This document shows, one piece after another, positions 52,546-64,000 of a DNA stretch of 64,000 bases; position 1 is the first letter of the stretch; the number at the start of each line of letters is the position of its first letter. A model generated the notes under the pieces. That model saw only the letters and a list, made by a program, of their open reading frames with translations. It ran no database searches and had not been told where the DNA came from. The translations under genes and the position numbers were made by a program. Location of the stretch: NCBI GenBank assembly GCA_964016885.1, contig OZ024742.1, forward strand, positions 42,346,001 through 42,410,000. The letters run 5' to 3'. Source of the DNA: Eledone cirrhosa (taxonomy: Eukaryota).

Positions 52546-52765
52546 GGTTGACCACTACTATCAAGGAATTCTTTATAGATATTTAATTTCAGAATTGATA
52601 CAGTGACAATTCTATTAGAAAGATGAAACTAGGAATGGAGTCACATAGGTATTATCTTGTTCCTTCAAACATGTATATCTGAAATGAAAAAAAAAAAAAG
52701 AAGTTAAGTTGAACCATAATTGCATAAAATATATGGAATTTATACATTTATCAAGGATTTTATAT

Positions 52766-53470
52766 TATGAGGTGTGACAGAAAAGTAGCAGGACTTAGTG
52801 TGCTGTGTGAGTTATGAGTTGGGTAGGGATTATCTGGGGAATATATAACTGCGATCTCAGCTCTCTATTTTTTCACATGATTTTATTAACAACTCCTCAA
52901 TTTTAGGCTGTTGAGTGGTGGGCACAGAGCAACGAACCAGTCTGAAGTTTCTAGTTGAGCTGGGGAAAACTCCTTCAGAAGCACACACAATACTGCAGCA
53001 AGTGTACAAAGATGAGACGATGATTCGCTCACGGGTTTTTAAATGGCACGAAAGGTTCAAAGAGGGAAGTGAGGACATGGAAGACAACCCCAGTAGTGGC
53101 AGGCCTTCAACGAGCAGGACTGTGGCCAACATTGAGCATGTGAGACAGGTAGTATGTGGTGATCATCAGTTGAACCATGACAACGTTTGGAAGATTATTC
53201 CTGAAGATTTGGGCATGTGGAAGATTTCTATGAAGATGGTGCCAAAGCATCCGGCAGTTCTTAGCCGAGAAGAACATCGCCATGCTGAAGCAACTTCCCA
53301 ACTCACTCGACCTGGCTCTATGTGATTTTTTTCCTTTTCGCCAAGCTCAAGAAGGACAACAAGGGGACCCGTTTTCAGGATGTAGAAGCCATCAAGAGGG
53401 CTGTGATGACAGAGCTGTGGAGAATCCCAGGAGAGCATGGAGGTGTAGAAGAGAAAGAAGGAAAAGACTC
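52766..53470 (+). mobile_element. Degraded, internally deleted mariner transposon
   Basis: TIR-like start TATGAGGTGTGACAGAAAAGT; EQRTSLKF...GKTPSE...VFKWHERFKEG...SGRPST HTH region; SLDLALCDFF (YSPDLAPCDF motif). Confidence 0.85.
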
Positions 53471-54654
53471 CTTTGTGGCCTGAAGCAGACAAAGGTTTTT
53501 CTCAAAATGGATATTGCATGGTTACTGTGGGGCCTTCTTAGCTCTTGGGATCCGGAACAAAGTACCGGCTGGACCTCACCTCTCATATGCCCTGGGTGCC
53601 ACCAGCTCGTGTTCTCTCATTCGATCGCAGATTTTGATTGAGGCAGGGTTAGCTGTAGTCAAATCGGTCACTGCTCCCCACCCTAGTCAGTTGACTACGA
53701 CAGCCTTACTCTCTCTAAATTCTTCGCTCACATTAGCCTATCTGCCTATCTTTCATGTTTTTCATCTACAGATAAACGTTCTGCATTTCACGATTTTCTT
53801 CATCAATTTGCCATGATTCTCTTATTCTTAACCGTGTCATTTCCACGAATTATACAAAGATTTGAATGTAGTTTCAAATTCAATATTTGACGAAATAAAC
53901 AACTCTATTTTAGACAAAAAGATGCGTTTGTTTTTCTCTTTTCACTTATGTCAGCATTTTCGTTAAAACGTAAACAATAAGCATGGAATGGAACTTCCTG
54001 GATTTCTCCTACTTACAATCGCTATTCTTTACATCATTTATTTAATATCATCATGCCAGTTTTAAATGTAAAGTTAGACACACACACATAACGAGTTTAT
54101 GCAGTTTTTACTTACCAAATTCCACTCACAACACATTGGTCAACCTATCCAAAGTGCCGCGCAGAATCACATGGCTGCGAAGCGAACTCCTTAACGATAC
54201 TTTTTTTTTTTTTTTTTTCAAGAATTTCGAAGTTCACTTTAGATAAATTAATATCTGTGAATATATGAATCTTCCGATAGAAATAACAAACTTGTTCCTT
54301 CACGGACTTCCGTAGTCCATTTACATCATTGAGTTGTTCCTGATCTGCAGCATCTAAAGGTAATTCTAGGTTTCTTTCACTAAAATATATTCGTATATTT
54401 GACCCATTACAGTCTCGATACACTTTTCTTTTTCAGTAAAAAAGTAGTGTCACTCTACATTTGAGTTGTTTTATATAAAAGCATATACTGTATTTTTCCC
54501 CTTTCAGTACTATTAAGGTTACAATTGAATAACATTACAAATATGTTTTAAATATGTACATAAATAACAGTAGAAATGCGTAAATAACATTTATAAACAC
54601 AATACAGAATAGATTAAACATGGAATTTATTTGATAGAATAATGATACACAGTG

Positions 54655-54890
54655 TTCAATGTTGAAAGTCTGAATAAGATTCAATACTACTGCTGACACT
54701 CAAAGCTATACATGGGTTTGATCCTCAATATATTAGTGAATTGCTTTGTGTAAAAGAGTCACCAATGTGTTTGAGATCAAGTGCTAATGGACTCCTCAAG
54801 TACAAGAATGAAGAGCTGTGGTGATCGGGCTTTTTTAAGTCAGCTCCAGCTCTCTGGAATGGACTTCTGTCCGTATAAACAGGAAATACC
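54655..54890 (+). mobile_element. L2-clade LINE 3' fragment
   Basis: ILLLTLKAIHG..PQYISELL...LRSS...GDRAF..SAPALWNGL. Confidence 0.7.
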
Positions 54891-55225
54891 AGAGTTGTAT
54901 GTATAAAAGAACGAATGATTAAGGCACGTGTGAACAGTTTTGATGGATTTATGGCGCCAAACACAAAACATTATAGCTCTATATAGGAAAAATGCGCAAC
55001 GAAAATATTAACAATCTCCACTTTACAATTTGATTTTTCATGGCAGCCACTTATCTATAAGCTGCGTTGCTACAACAGTTTTCAAACTGACAAATACTAA
55101 GACTCTCCTTCAAATTTTAGCCATTAAAAACACACACACACACAAACTTTGATACCAAGGAATGACAAACGTATAATGAATTTAATAGTTTTTTTAATGG
55201 GTAAAGTGACTCTTCTATTATATAT

Positions 55226-55346
<121 letters not shown>

Positions 55347-55768
55347 GTAGAACACCTGGCCATTCTCTCCTTTCAGGATCACTGTATTGATGATACTAAT
55401 GAGATAAATGCTTGTTAACTTTGTGAGGTTCCTAAAACTTAATAATAAAATGTCATCGACATATATAATCATGGCTATAACTCCTACCCTCATTTTATTA
55501 ATAACGCAACTTGCCCGCCTCATCTTCAATCCCCAAATCTGTTGTGGGGAGAAGGGGGCTCTGCTCTTCTATAAAAAAAAAACATTTCGTTACGTTCGAT
55601 TTCTGTGAGGAATAGAAACCTTTTCTCTTTATCAGAAAGTAGAGACCGACTAAAACATATCTCCACTTGATATACAGCCAGTTACGTAGCTAGAGTGTGT
55701 GCCACCCGGGGTAGCCCTTCAGCCCCCCCCCCCCCGGTTCCCCACAAAAAATAAAATACATATTGTTC

Positions 55769-55818
<50 letters not shown>

Positions 55819-56391
55819 AACAAATGGAAACTATATTTATGAAACCTATTTATTTTATTATACATATTTCAAGGGCCACCAAGGCAAATTATAGTGCGCT
55901 TTCATCAGATAAAATACAATACAGATTTGTTTTATAAATAAATATTGACATACCCTGAAAAAAAGACAACCTTAACGGTTGGAACTTCCTGGATAGTGGA
56001 GATATTACATTTATTGAGGGTGATAGAAAATTATGATTGAGTATGCAAATTATTGTCCGAAAGGTTGAAAAGATAACGGTTTATTTAAATTAAACTGTTG
56101 GAAGAAGGTCATATGTGAGGGAGAGAGAAAAAAAAAGAAAAAAAAAAGAAGGAACGAGAAAGATAGGAGAGGAAAAGAAAGAACGATTATATATATTTTG
56201 ACAGTGAAAATAGCGTGCATGAAGAGAAGAGCGTAAGTATATTTAAGTGAGAGAAGAGATTAGTTTCAAAGGATAAATACAGCGTAAGTATATTTACGTG
56301 AGAGGAGTAATGAAGAAAAGAAGAAGTGAGAATAGCATGGAAGAATAATATTTATAATGCAGGATTCATTATGTTTTGATTATATTTATAA

Positions 56392-57328
56392 CTAGTAGTA
56401 AAGCCCGGCGTTGCTCGGGGTCGCTCAGTAGCTGTGTTAAAGTTACAATGTTAAGTTTCTTTCTTGGCTTAAAAACTGTAGTGTCTACTGTGCAGACTTG
56501 CATGTGGTGTTTTTGATTAATATTCCCTCAACCAACAATATGCCTTATGAAGTTAAGAAAACATAACGATAACCCGAATGTTATAACAAAAGAGGATGCT
56601 GGGGATAGAAACTGCACTGGTTATTTATTAACAAAGATCGAAAATGTAAACACTGCAACGCAGAGAAAAACATTAGCGTAACCAAATTATCAGTTATGTC
56701 TGTCTGCACGCCTATATCACCTCTCTGCACGACTGTCTGTCTGCACGCCTATATCACCTCTCTGCACGACTGTCTGTCTGCACGCCTATATCACCTCTCT
56801 GCACGACTATCTGTCTGCACGCGTATATCACCTCTCTGCACGACTATCTGTCTGCACGCCTAACGACGAAATATTTGCTTGTTTTACGTAGTCTTTAAAT
56901 AGACTTGTTTTCAAGTAAAAATATTGTTTTAAAATGCTTTTAAATGGAAATGAAGCAAAACGGAAGCTTAGTGTTCGAACTGATGAATTTTGCAGGTCAA
57001 TATTTTGCTGGCTCGACAACTGTCTGTTCGTGTATTGTGTTAATGTCATTTTAAACGCTGAGAAAGCCAGCGTAATTTTTTACGTAAGACGCTCAATGTA
57101 AACAGAACAAAGGGAAATAACTGATAACTTACGCTCAAAAATCGATACATTATATTCGATTTCGTCACATAGGGCGGGTCAATTTGAAATATTTTTTTTT
57201 CCGATGTCTTCGCTAGGGCTCAATGTACAAGTATAGCAATTTCGGTGCAATTCCGTGAGAGATTCTAAGAGGAGATGTGTGCCAAAAATCGATAGACAGA
57301 CAGACAACCACAGTTTTATATATATAGA
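56392..57328 (-). mobile_element. Non-autonomous Helitron
   Basis: On -: 5' TCTATATATATAAAA..., 3' hairpin CCCGAGCAACGCCGGG followed by CTAG, inserted between A and T, no TSD. Confidence 0.8.
56697..56861. repeat. 37-bp minisatellite (~4.4 copies) inside the Helitron
   Basis: TGTCTGTCTGCACGCCTATATCACCTCTCTGCACGAC in tandem. Confidence 0.95.
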
Positions 57329-58194
57329 TAGATGATAGGTTGAAAAATTAGATTAAAGATTTAATTTAATAATTTAATAATTAGTTTAAATGTGTATGTT
57401 AAGGATTATAAATTATTTAAATAAATATATATTATTTTACATTAGAGCAAATCTAGTATAGTTTATTTTATTAAAAGTTGTAAGTCAAAAATTTTAAACA
57501 TCCAAATAATTCTAAATTTATGGAAAATTTTCGAGAGTTTACAAAAGAATAACCACTTAGTTATATTATAAAAACAGTAAGGAAGCGTAAAGGAAGTTAT
57601 AAGTGATTTTTTAAGAACTCAGATGACTCTAAGGATTAAATGTTATAAAGTTAAGAAGTTAAATTTTCTATCTTAAGAATATAATTAAAACATGAACCTT
57701 ATGTTATTTTATACGAAGTCATAAATTTACTTGCTATAAAGTTAAAACATTTAAAAAAAATTATCTTAAGAATATATTTAAAGCATAAACCATAGGTTAC
57801 TCCACATATATATAAAACAAATCATATGTTTTTCCACATATATATAAACATTTGGATATATATATTAAAAACGTTTGAAAATATAAGAATATAAAAATAT
57901 AACATTATAAAAATATTACAATATAAAAATATTGGAAGGTATAAAAATAACGGTTTTTCTATATCTTTCAAAGGAATTTTCAAAAGATTTTCTTAAACCC
58001 TTCCGTAAGTTTTTCAAGAAAAAATTTTCCTTAAAGGAGTTTCAAGCAATCATATAAATGAATTTTATAATCTATCGATAGGTGTAATAATATATATGTG
58101 AAGTAGAGATAATAGAAAGTAAATTAAGTATATGAATCATATATAGATATAGAAGACATTATGTAAAAGAGATAAATCGTATATTACATTTTAT

Positions 58195-58470
58195 ATATAT
58201 ATTTAAAAGTTGAATTTAAACGATGTTTGCAGGAACTGAATAAATTGTTCCGCAAATTAATAGAGTTCTTACTTTTTAGTATAAAGAATATTTCTTCGAC
58301 ACAAAGGGAACAATTTTGGGATAAAGCAGTGTATGAGGAGCTTTGGAAATAATATTCCAAAGTAAAGAATAGTTAATGTTCTTGGATTTCAAGTCCCATA
58401 GTAAGTTAGATAGAGAAGTTGAAGATTTTTTAAGCTTGTTGAATCCCAACAAATTAAATATAACCTCTGC
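58195..58470 (-). mobile_element. Penelope-like GIY-YIG C-terminal fragment, with AT-rich 3' flank toward 57330
   Basis: STSLSNLLWDLKSK...NCSLCVEE...INLRNNLFSSCKHR, same pattern as the 38200 element tail. Confidence 0.65.
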
Positions 58471-58622
58471 ATATATATATATATATATTGTTATACTTTG
58501 GGAGGGTCATGTTGCCAATAAGAAACACACGCACCAGTTGCTTTCACCTCAATTTATTATAATAAATTTATAAATTTCTGGTTGGTTGGTTGGTTACACA
58601 ACCAGATAGTTGTTTATATATT

Positions 58623-58665
58623 GTCATAGTTCTTTCGTCACACACTCTGTGACCTCTTCAGTGAC
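58623..58665 (-). ncRNA. Minimal type I hammerhead ribozyme motif in PLE pseudo-LTR (sense copy)
   Basis: GTCA-CTGAAGA-G-GTCAC(AGAGTGT)GTGAC-GAAA-GAAC-TA-TGAC: conserved core, 5-bp stem II, 4-bp stem I, minimal stem III. Confidence 0.7.
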
Positions 58666-60503
58666 TGGGGATTCCTTTCTTTGTTTTTGTGCCTCTCCTT
58701 TGTTCTATTCTACGCCATTTTGTTTCTGTGTGTGTGTTGTGTGCTCAGTCTGCGCATGCGCCACATCCGGGTGTCTGTGTGTGTTTATGTTCATTTATTT
58801 ATTTGTTTATTTACATGTTACTGGTTGGTTGTTTGTTCTACGTGTGTGTGTGTTTTCATTTTGTCCTTAATTGTAAGTTGTGATGTTGCTGTTCCACTCA
58901 TATTTTCTATTTAATTTTGGTTGTAATTCTTTTATGTTTATTGCCTCTGTGATTTGTCTAAACATTGCGTCTTTTCTGTGTGTAGATTCTATTTTTATTT
59001 CTGTTCTCTAATTTACCCTTGTGTTCTATTTTAGCATGTTGGTAGAGTACAGATGATTCTTTACTATCTTGAAGGTCTCGCCAGTGTTCATTTATCCGTT
59101 CCCCTACACTACGAGCTGTCTCACCTATGTACACTATATTTTTGTCTCTACATTGTCCTTCAGTACATCTTATGCTATACACTACATTTCTAGTTTTACA
59201 GTTAATATGGGGGCTTATTTTACAGGTTATACATTTCTTATCTATACATGAGGGTCTTTGAAAAGGGTATGTCTTGCTGATAAGTGTTTTTACGGAGGTA
59301 CCTGGTCTTTCTACTATCTTAATATTGAGTTTATGTTTATCTAGGGCCCTTCTAAATTTGTAAGCTAATTCACCTCTAGGGGTTGTATCGATGAACATTA
59401 CACTCTGGTATTTATTGCTATCATACCATGAGTTTATTCTATTAGCCTTGTTCCTAGTTCTTTCTATTCTATTCCAAAATTTGCTCCTATACAAGGGGCA
59501 GGTCCCATTTATGTCATTATTTACCATTTTTCCCCATTTGGTTCTGGCTCCTCTATACTCTGATTTTATCTCTCTGATTGTAGCCAGAGAACTGCATACG
59601 GTGGATGAAGTGTTGTATGTGTCTCTCTAGTTCTTCGGGGTTGCACATGCGGGACACGTTTCTCATCACCCGTACCAAATCCGCAATCAGTATGTTGATT
59701 TTGGTATGGTCCGAAACGGCCGAGTTTCGGTGGATCAGATGTTTAGAAGTCATGGGTTTGGCATAATGGGAATGGAGGATTTGTTTTTTGTTATTAATGG
59801 TATCTAACCAGAGCTCTGTGTCTAGTACAGGTAATCGATGGTTGGGGTGTTTACTTGGGTAGTCTATAGTAACTCTAATGCTCTGGTGGATGGAGTTAGC
59901 TATTTGCTGGATGCTTTCCATTGTGTTTTTCTCTAGTTCCTGACTGTTCTCTAGTGGGGATGTCTTAACTACGATGTTTATATCATCAACGTAGCGGGAG
60001 TACATTATCAGGGTTAAGGGGTCTTCTAATTGTTCTTTAAGTTTAAGTTTAAGTCTACTGTCCCACCATACCATGAATAAGTTAGCTATGTCGCCTGCAA
60101 TGCTAACTCCAATGGCTGCTCCTTCCTCTTGGGCATATGTTTTTCCATTAAATTTGAACATATGTTCCTTAAGGGTTAGTTTTATGCTGGCCCCTACCGC
60201 ATGTGCAATCATTTTCTTCAGTTCATCGTGGTTATAAAAGAATTACAACCAAAATTAAATAGAAAATATGAGTGGAACAGCAACATCACAACTTACAATT
60301 AAGGACAAAATGAAAACACACACACACGTAGAACAAACAACCAACCAGTAACATGTAAATAAACAAATAAATAAATGAACATAAACACACACAGACACCC
60401 GGATGTGACGCATGCGCAGACTGAGCACACAACACACACACAGAAACAAAATGACGTAGAACAGAACAAAGGAGAGGCACAAAAACAAAGAAAGGAATCC
60501 CCA

Positions 60504-60546
60504 GTCACTGAAGAGGTCACAGAGTGTGTGACGAAAGAACTATGAC
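60504..60546 (+). ncRNA. Minimal type I hammerhead ribozyme motif (copy in the inverted pseudo-LTR)
   Basis: Identical to the 58623-58665 motif, on the opposite strand. Confidence 0.7.
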
Positions 60547-60734
60547 AATATATAAACAACTATCTGGTTGTGGAACCAACCAACCAGAAATTTATAAATT
60601 TATTATAATAAATTGAGGTGAAAGCAACTGGTGCGTGTGTTTCTTATTGGCAACATGACCCTCCCAAAGTATAACAATATCGGTTTCAACACACGATTTC
60701 AGATAAAGAATCTTGCTAAACAAATTCAGAAACG

Positions 60735-60816
<82 letters not shown>

Positions 60817-60861
60817 CCGGCCGTTTCGACACCCAGATCTTTTAATGCTGCAGCATAATAT

Positions 60862-60983
<122 letters not shown>

Positions 60984-61079
60984 GAACACTTATAGCCTAC
61001 AGCTACCCAAAAGTGCCGCCCTTCTAAAAGTGTTGTCCGAGGCAGACCCTTCCCCTCTAGCTGCGCTACTGTATACAGC

Positions 61080-61950
61080 TCTCCGCCACTCCAACTATAT
61101 TTCGTATTCAAAGCTACATACAATCCAGGATACGTTCTCTAGCTACTTGAGGACATTGAAAACTGAGATAGATTTAGGGTCTACAAAATCTGGAAGACAC
61201 TCATCTTGCTTAAATGTTTCCTTTGTAGAAGAATAATTGGACCAAAAGAATCTATAAATTAATGTCGGATCTTGTATTTTGTTAACTGTTGCACACGAAG
61301 AAGAATTTGTTTAAAAGATACGAAAAATGAAATAAAATAAAATAAAGTTCTCGTCCTTAAACCAAGAATATGGAATTCCAGGTGTATAACAACTTTCTAA
61401 AGTGGCCGCCTGTACTCTCCACTCTCAGAGCGTTAGTCGATATATACAGATTATCTGTATTGTGTTACACTCGTTTATGCCAATAATTGCCAATAATATC
61501 ACTGTTATATATATCTAGCAAAAGGCCACCAGCCGTAAGCAACTAATCACATTCTTTCTAACTTGACCGCTGCTACGTCACGATTCTTAGCCATTTTTGA
61601 ATGTATTCTTGGCGCGATCACTTTGGAAAATTAATTGTCTAAATTTGAGCTAACTCCTGAAGAGTCCGGTGCTCCAGATATCCAATGTTATCGGATATCT
61701 TAAAATACGGACGAAACCATGGTAGAGGTAACTAAATATGTTCACTTTTCTTCTAGTTTATTTTACACCTAATTCTGTTTAGTTGACTGTATATCTGGTC
61801 GATTTATACACGCTGTCGAAATACTCGATAATTACTCCGTCGCAACCGCCGCGAAGGGCTGCTTTCGGTTATTTGTCGGAGATTTCTTCATAGAAGCCTT
61901 TATTCTTATAGCTTGGTCTAATCGATTTTTTATATGATTAATTATGGTAA
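61080..61950 (-). mobile_element. Possible decayed RNase-H-bearing LINE (I/Nimb-like), continuing at ~55400-55670 beyond the hAT insertion
   Basis: Weak remnants HWISG and [13 protein letters not shown] only. Confidence 0.3.
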
Positions 61951-62003
61951 TTGGGAGAGGAAACGGTATATATTTTATCTGGTGATTCTATAGACATGTT
62001 TTA

Positions 62004-62070
<67 letters not shown>

Positions 62071-62076
<6 letters not shown>

Positions 62077-62911
62077 TAACAGATTAAAGTTTAAGCAAAG
62101 AATCTCTGCTTTCACCCTTAACGGGATCTTCTGAAACTAATTTTATCGACCTCGTAAGGATGCCTTTCATCCTTACGAAGTCGATAAAATAAAGTACGAG
62201 TGATGCACTGGGGTAATCGCTGGCCTTGTGACAAAAGTAGAAACTATTTGGCTCCCTCGGTTGAGCACTCTTTGGACTTGCAGAAACAACACCTTACTAT
62301 TTCTACGAAGAATACACCCGTACCTAGCAGGAAGACGTATTTAAAATTACTAATTAAAAAAACGGATTCGTTCCTTAAAAGGTTGCGTTGGCGCGCCTTT
62401 TATTTCGACAACCAGGATAAAGCGGACAGTAAACAGGATAAATTTGGGTTTAAAACATACAATAACCTTCCTAGTAACCCAGCTTTGCTACCTTTCGAAA
62501 ACGATGTTTTGGAACTCATACGGAGTATCAAATTTCGGAACAGGCGCAATTCATTCCAGCAGGACCTGAATAATAGAATTCGTTCTATAAAGGATTCTAA
62601 TGCAGTGCATGTCCACTCCGACAAAACTCGTAATCTATATCAAGTGAAGAGAATTACATCAACTGCTACATAATGCTGTATGTAACCAAGGATTACCGGA
62701 AAATCGATCGAAGTGTTATTAATAACATCAACGATGCTGAGTTTAAAATCACTCCAGAGCTTAACATCCAAGGCCGGACCAAACCTCTGGTCCCTATTTC
62801 TCCCCATTTTACCCTGAAGTATCATAAACCCAATTTCGCTAACAACCCATCTATTCGTGTGTATATGTATGTATTTATAATATATACGTATATATGAGTA
62901 TGTGTGTGTGC

Positions 62912-62987
<76 letters not shown>

Positions 62988-63457
62988 TTGCGTGCGCTTA
63001 TGTTTTGTATATGTATGTGTATGTATGCGTCGGCGCATACTTATACACTGACCTAAATCTTAACTAAACTTACTCTTACTATTTTAATAACCTCAGTCAT
63101 TTTCGTTAAACAACTTTATTTACATTATTCTTAAACTCCGTAGCTGAGAATCATTCGGTTTCCTAAATAGAATATTAGCCTAATGACTCCATTTATACCA
63201 TAAACGTGGTTTTGTCTTTGCATGAAAATGTTCTTATCGCTCCACACAACGACGTATTATATTCGCTTTTTCCCATTCATTGCCAGGGAATGTCTTCACG
63301 AACCAAAATATCGTCTTCCTGTCTTCCTTCGGTTACAACGTTTTTCGAAATATTTACTTCTGCGTCCACAGATTGATTTTTTTTTTTTTAGTTTCGGAAG
63401 ATCCCGTTAAGGGTGAAAGCAGCGATTCTTTGCTTAAACTTTAATCTGTTATCTTAA
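62071..63457 (+). mobile_element. Second, degraded Penelope-like element with 70-bp terminal inverted repeat
   Basis: STKNTPVPS...KRLRWRAFYF...FGFKT...SDKTRNLY...TLKYHKPNF resembles a PLE pre-RT/RT N-terminus. Remnant EN tail (LHE.VLI...ECLHEPKYRL) near 63200-63320. 62071-62140 is the reverse complement of 63388-63457. Confidence 0.7.
63390..63440 (+). ncRNA. Variant type I hammerhead ribozyme fold (U4 substituted); inverted copy at 62088-62138 on -
   Basis: AGTTT-C(G/A)GAAGA-T-CCC(GTTAA)GGG-T-GAAA-GCAG(C/A)G-ATT-CTTTGC-TT-AAACT: all three stems pair. Confidence 0.55.
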
Positions 63458-63689
63458 GAAATATTTGCTCTTTGAATTACAGGTACAGTTCATTCGACGG
63501 GCTTTTCCATAATTTCCGTCCACCCAATTTCATTCATAAGACAGGTATTGGGAATAATTAGAATAGGTTAATACTGTGTAAACGAATGGGTTTCGGTGTG
63601 AATAAGTAAGTTGAAAAAAACAAAAAAACAAGAAAAACTGCATACAAATAACAACAACGATAACATTTGGAAAGTTTTCCCATAAAACA

Positions 63690-64000
63690 ATGGTTTCTGA
63701 TTTAGGCACAAGGCCAGCAATTTTGGGGAAAATCGATTAAATCGACCTCAGTGCGTAACTGGTACTTTATTTTATCGACCCTGTAGGCATGAAAGGCAAA
63801 GTTAACTTCGGCGGGATCTGAACTCAGGAAGTAAAGGGCCATAACTCCATGCTACAAAGCATTTGTCTGACGCTCTACCGATACTGCCAATCCACCTCTC
63901 ATGAAATAATTGTTTCTACTTTTGGCACAAGGCCAGCAATTACCTCAGTACATTACTGGTACTTTATTTTATCGACCCCGTGAGGATGAAAGGCAAAGTT
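63690..64000 (-). mobile_element. Two tandem tRNA-derived SINE copies (second runs off the window)
   Basis: Reverse-complement family consensus, twice. Confidence 0.85.

Larger units (their letters stand above)
58485..60680 (-). mobile_element. Penelope-like element (partial RT + C-terminal GIY-YIG), 5'-truncated, with an inverted copy of its 3' pseudo-LTR
   Basis: ORF 59553-60212 (GAAIG, RYVDD, LPVLD, HYAKP); ORF 58958-59527 (CxxxxCxxC, VVYSIRC...VYIGETAR...RINEH). After a frameshift the EN continues AMFRQITEAINI...LNRKYEW to a stop at 58867. ~450-bp inverted repeats at 58485-58935 and 60234-60680. Confidence 0.92.

Noticed and set aside
55894-55908. CTGATGAAAGCGC on - resembling a collapsed hammerhead
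   Set aside because: No stem II; may be chance or a deleted relic.
58610-58914. Duplicated Cys/Val-rich ORFs (also at 60255-60559)
   Set aside because: These are antisense readings of the CA-rich PLE 3' UTR within the inverted repeat.
62141-62189. Small hairpin TTTTATCGAC.TCGTAAGGATG / CATCCTTACGA.GTCGATAAAA
   Set aside because: Explained by a SINE fragment with an inverted 5' piece.

Overview
AT-rich, intron-rich animal genomic DNA. The SINE and RTE repeats resemble those of octopod cephalopods (inference from recalled sequence). Two convergent host genes are present. On + are the last three coding exons of an SDR9C-family short-chain dehydrogenase (RDH/HSD17B6/BDH1-like); its 21.3-kb intron holds a ~17.5-kb array of a 42-bp satellite with higher-order repeats. 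On - is a complete six-coding-exon SLC30/ZnT1-like cation diffusion facilitator (392 aa as spliced here) whose transmembrane metal site is non-canonical (R..D / H..N instead of H..D / H..D). The rest is nested mobile DNA: RTE LINEs, tRNA-derived SINEs, TTAA (piggyBac-type) MITEs, a mariner relic, a Helitron, CRE/L2/CR1 fragments, several Penelope-like elements carrying hammerhead-ribozyme folds, and a 5.4-kb hAT-type shell with an exact 8-bp TSD enclosing several of them. A hairpin with 107-bp arms lies in the SLC30 intron next to the exon encoding the altered metal ligand. All calls were made by eye, and most boundaries of degraded repeats are approximate.
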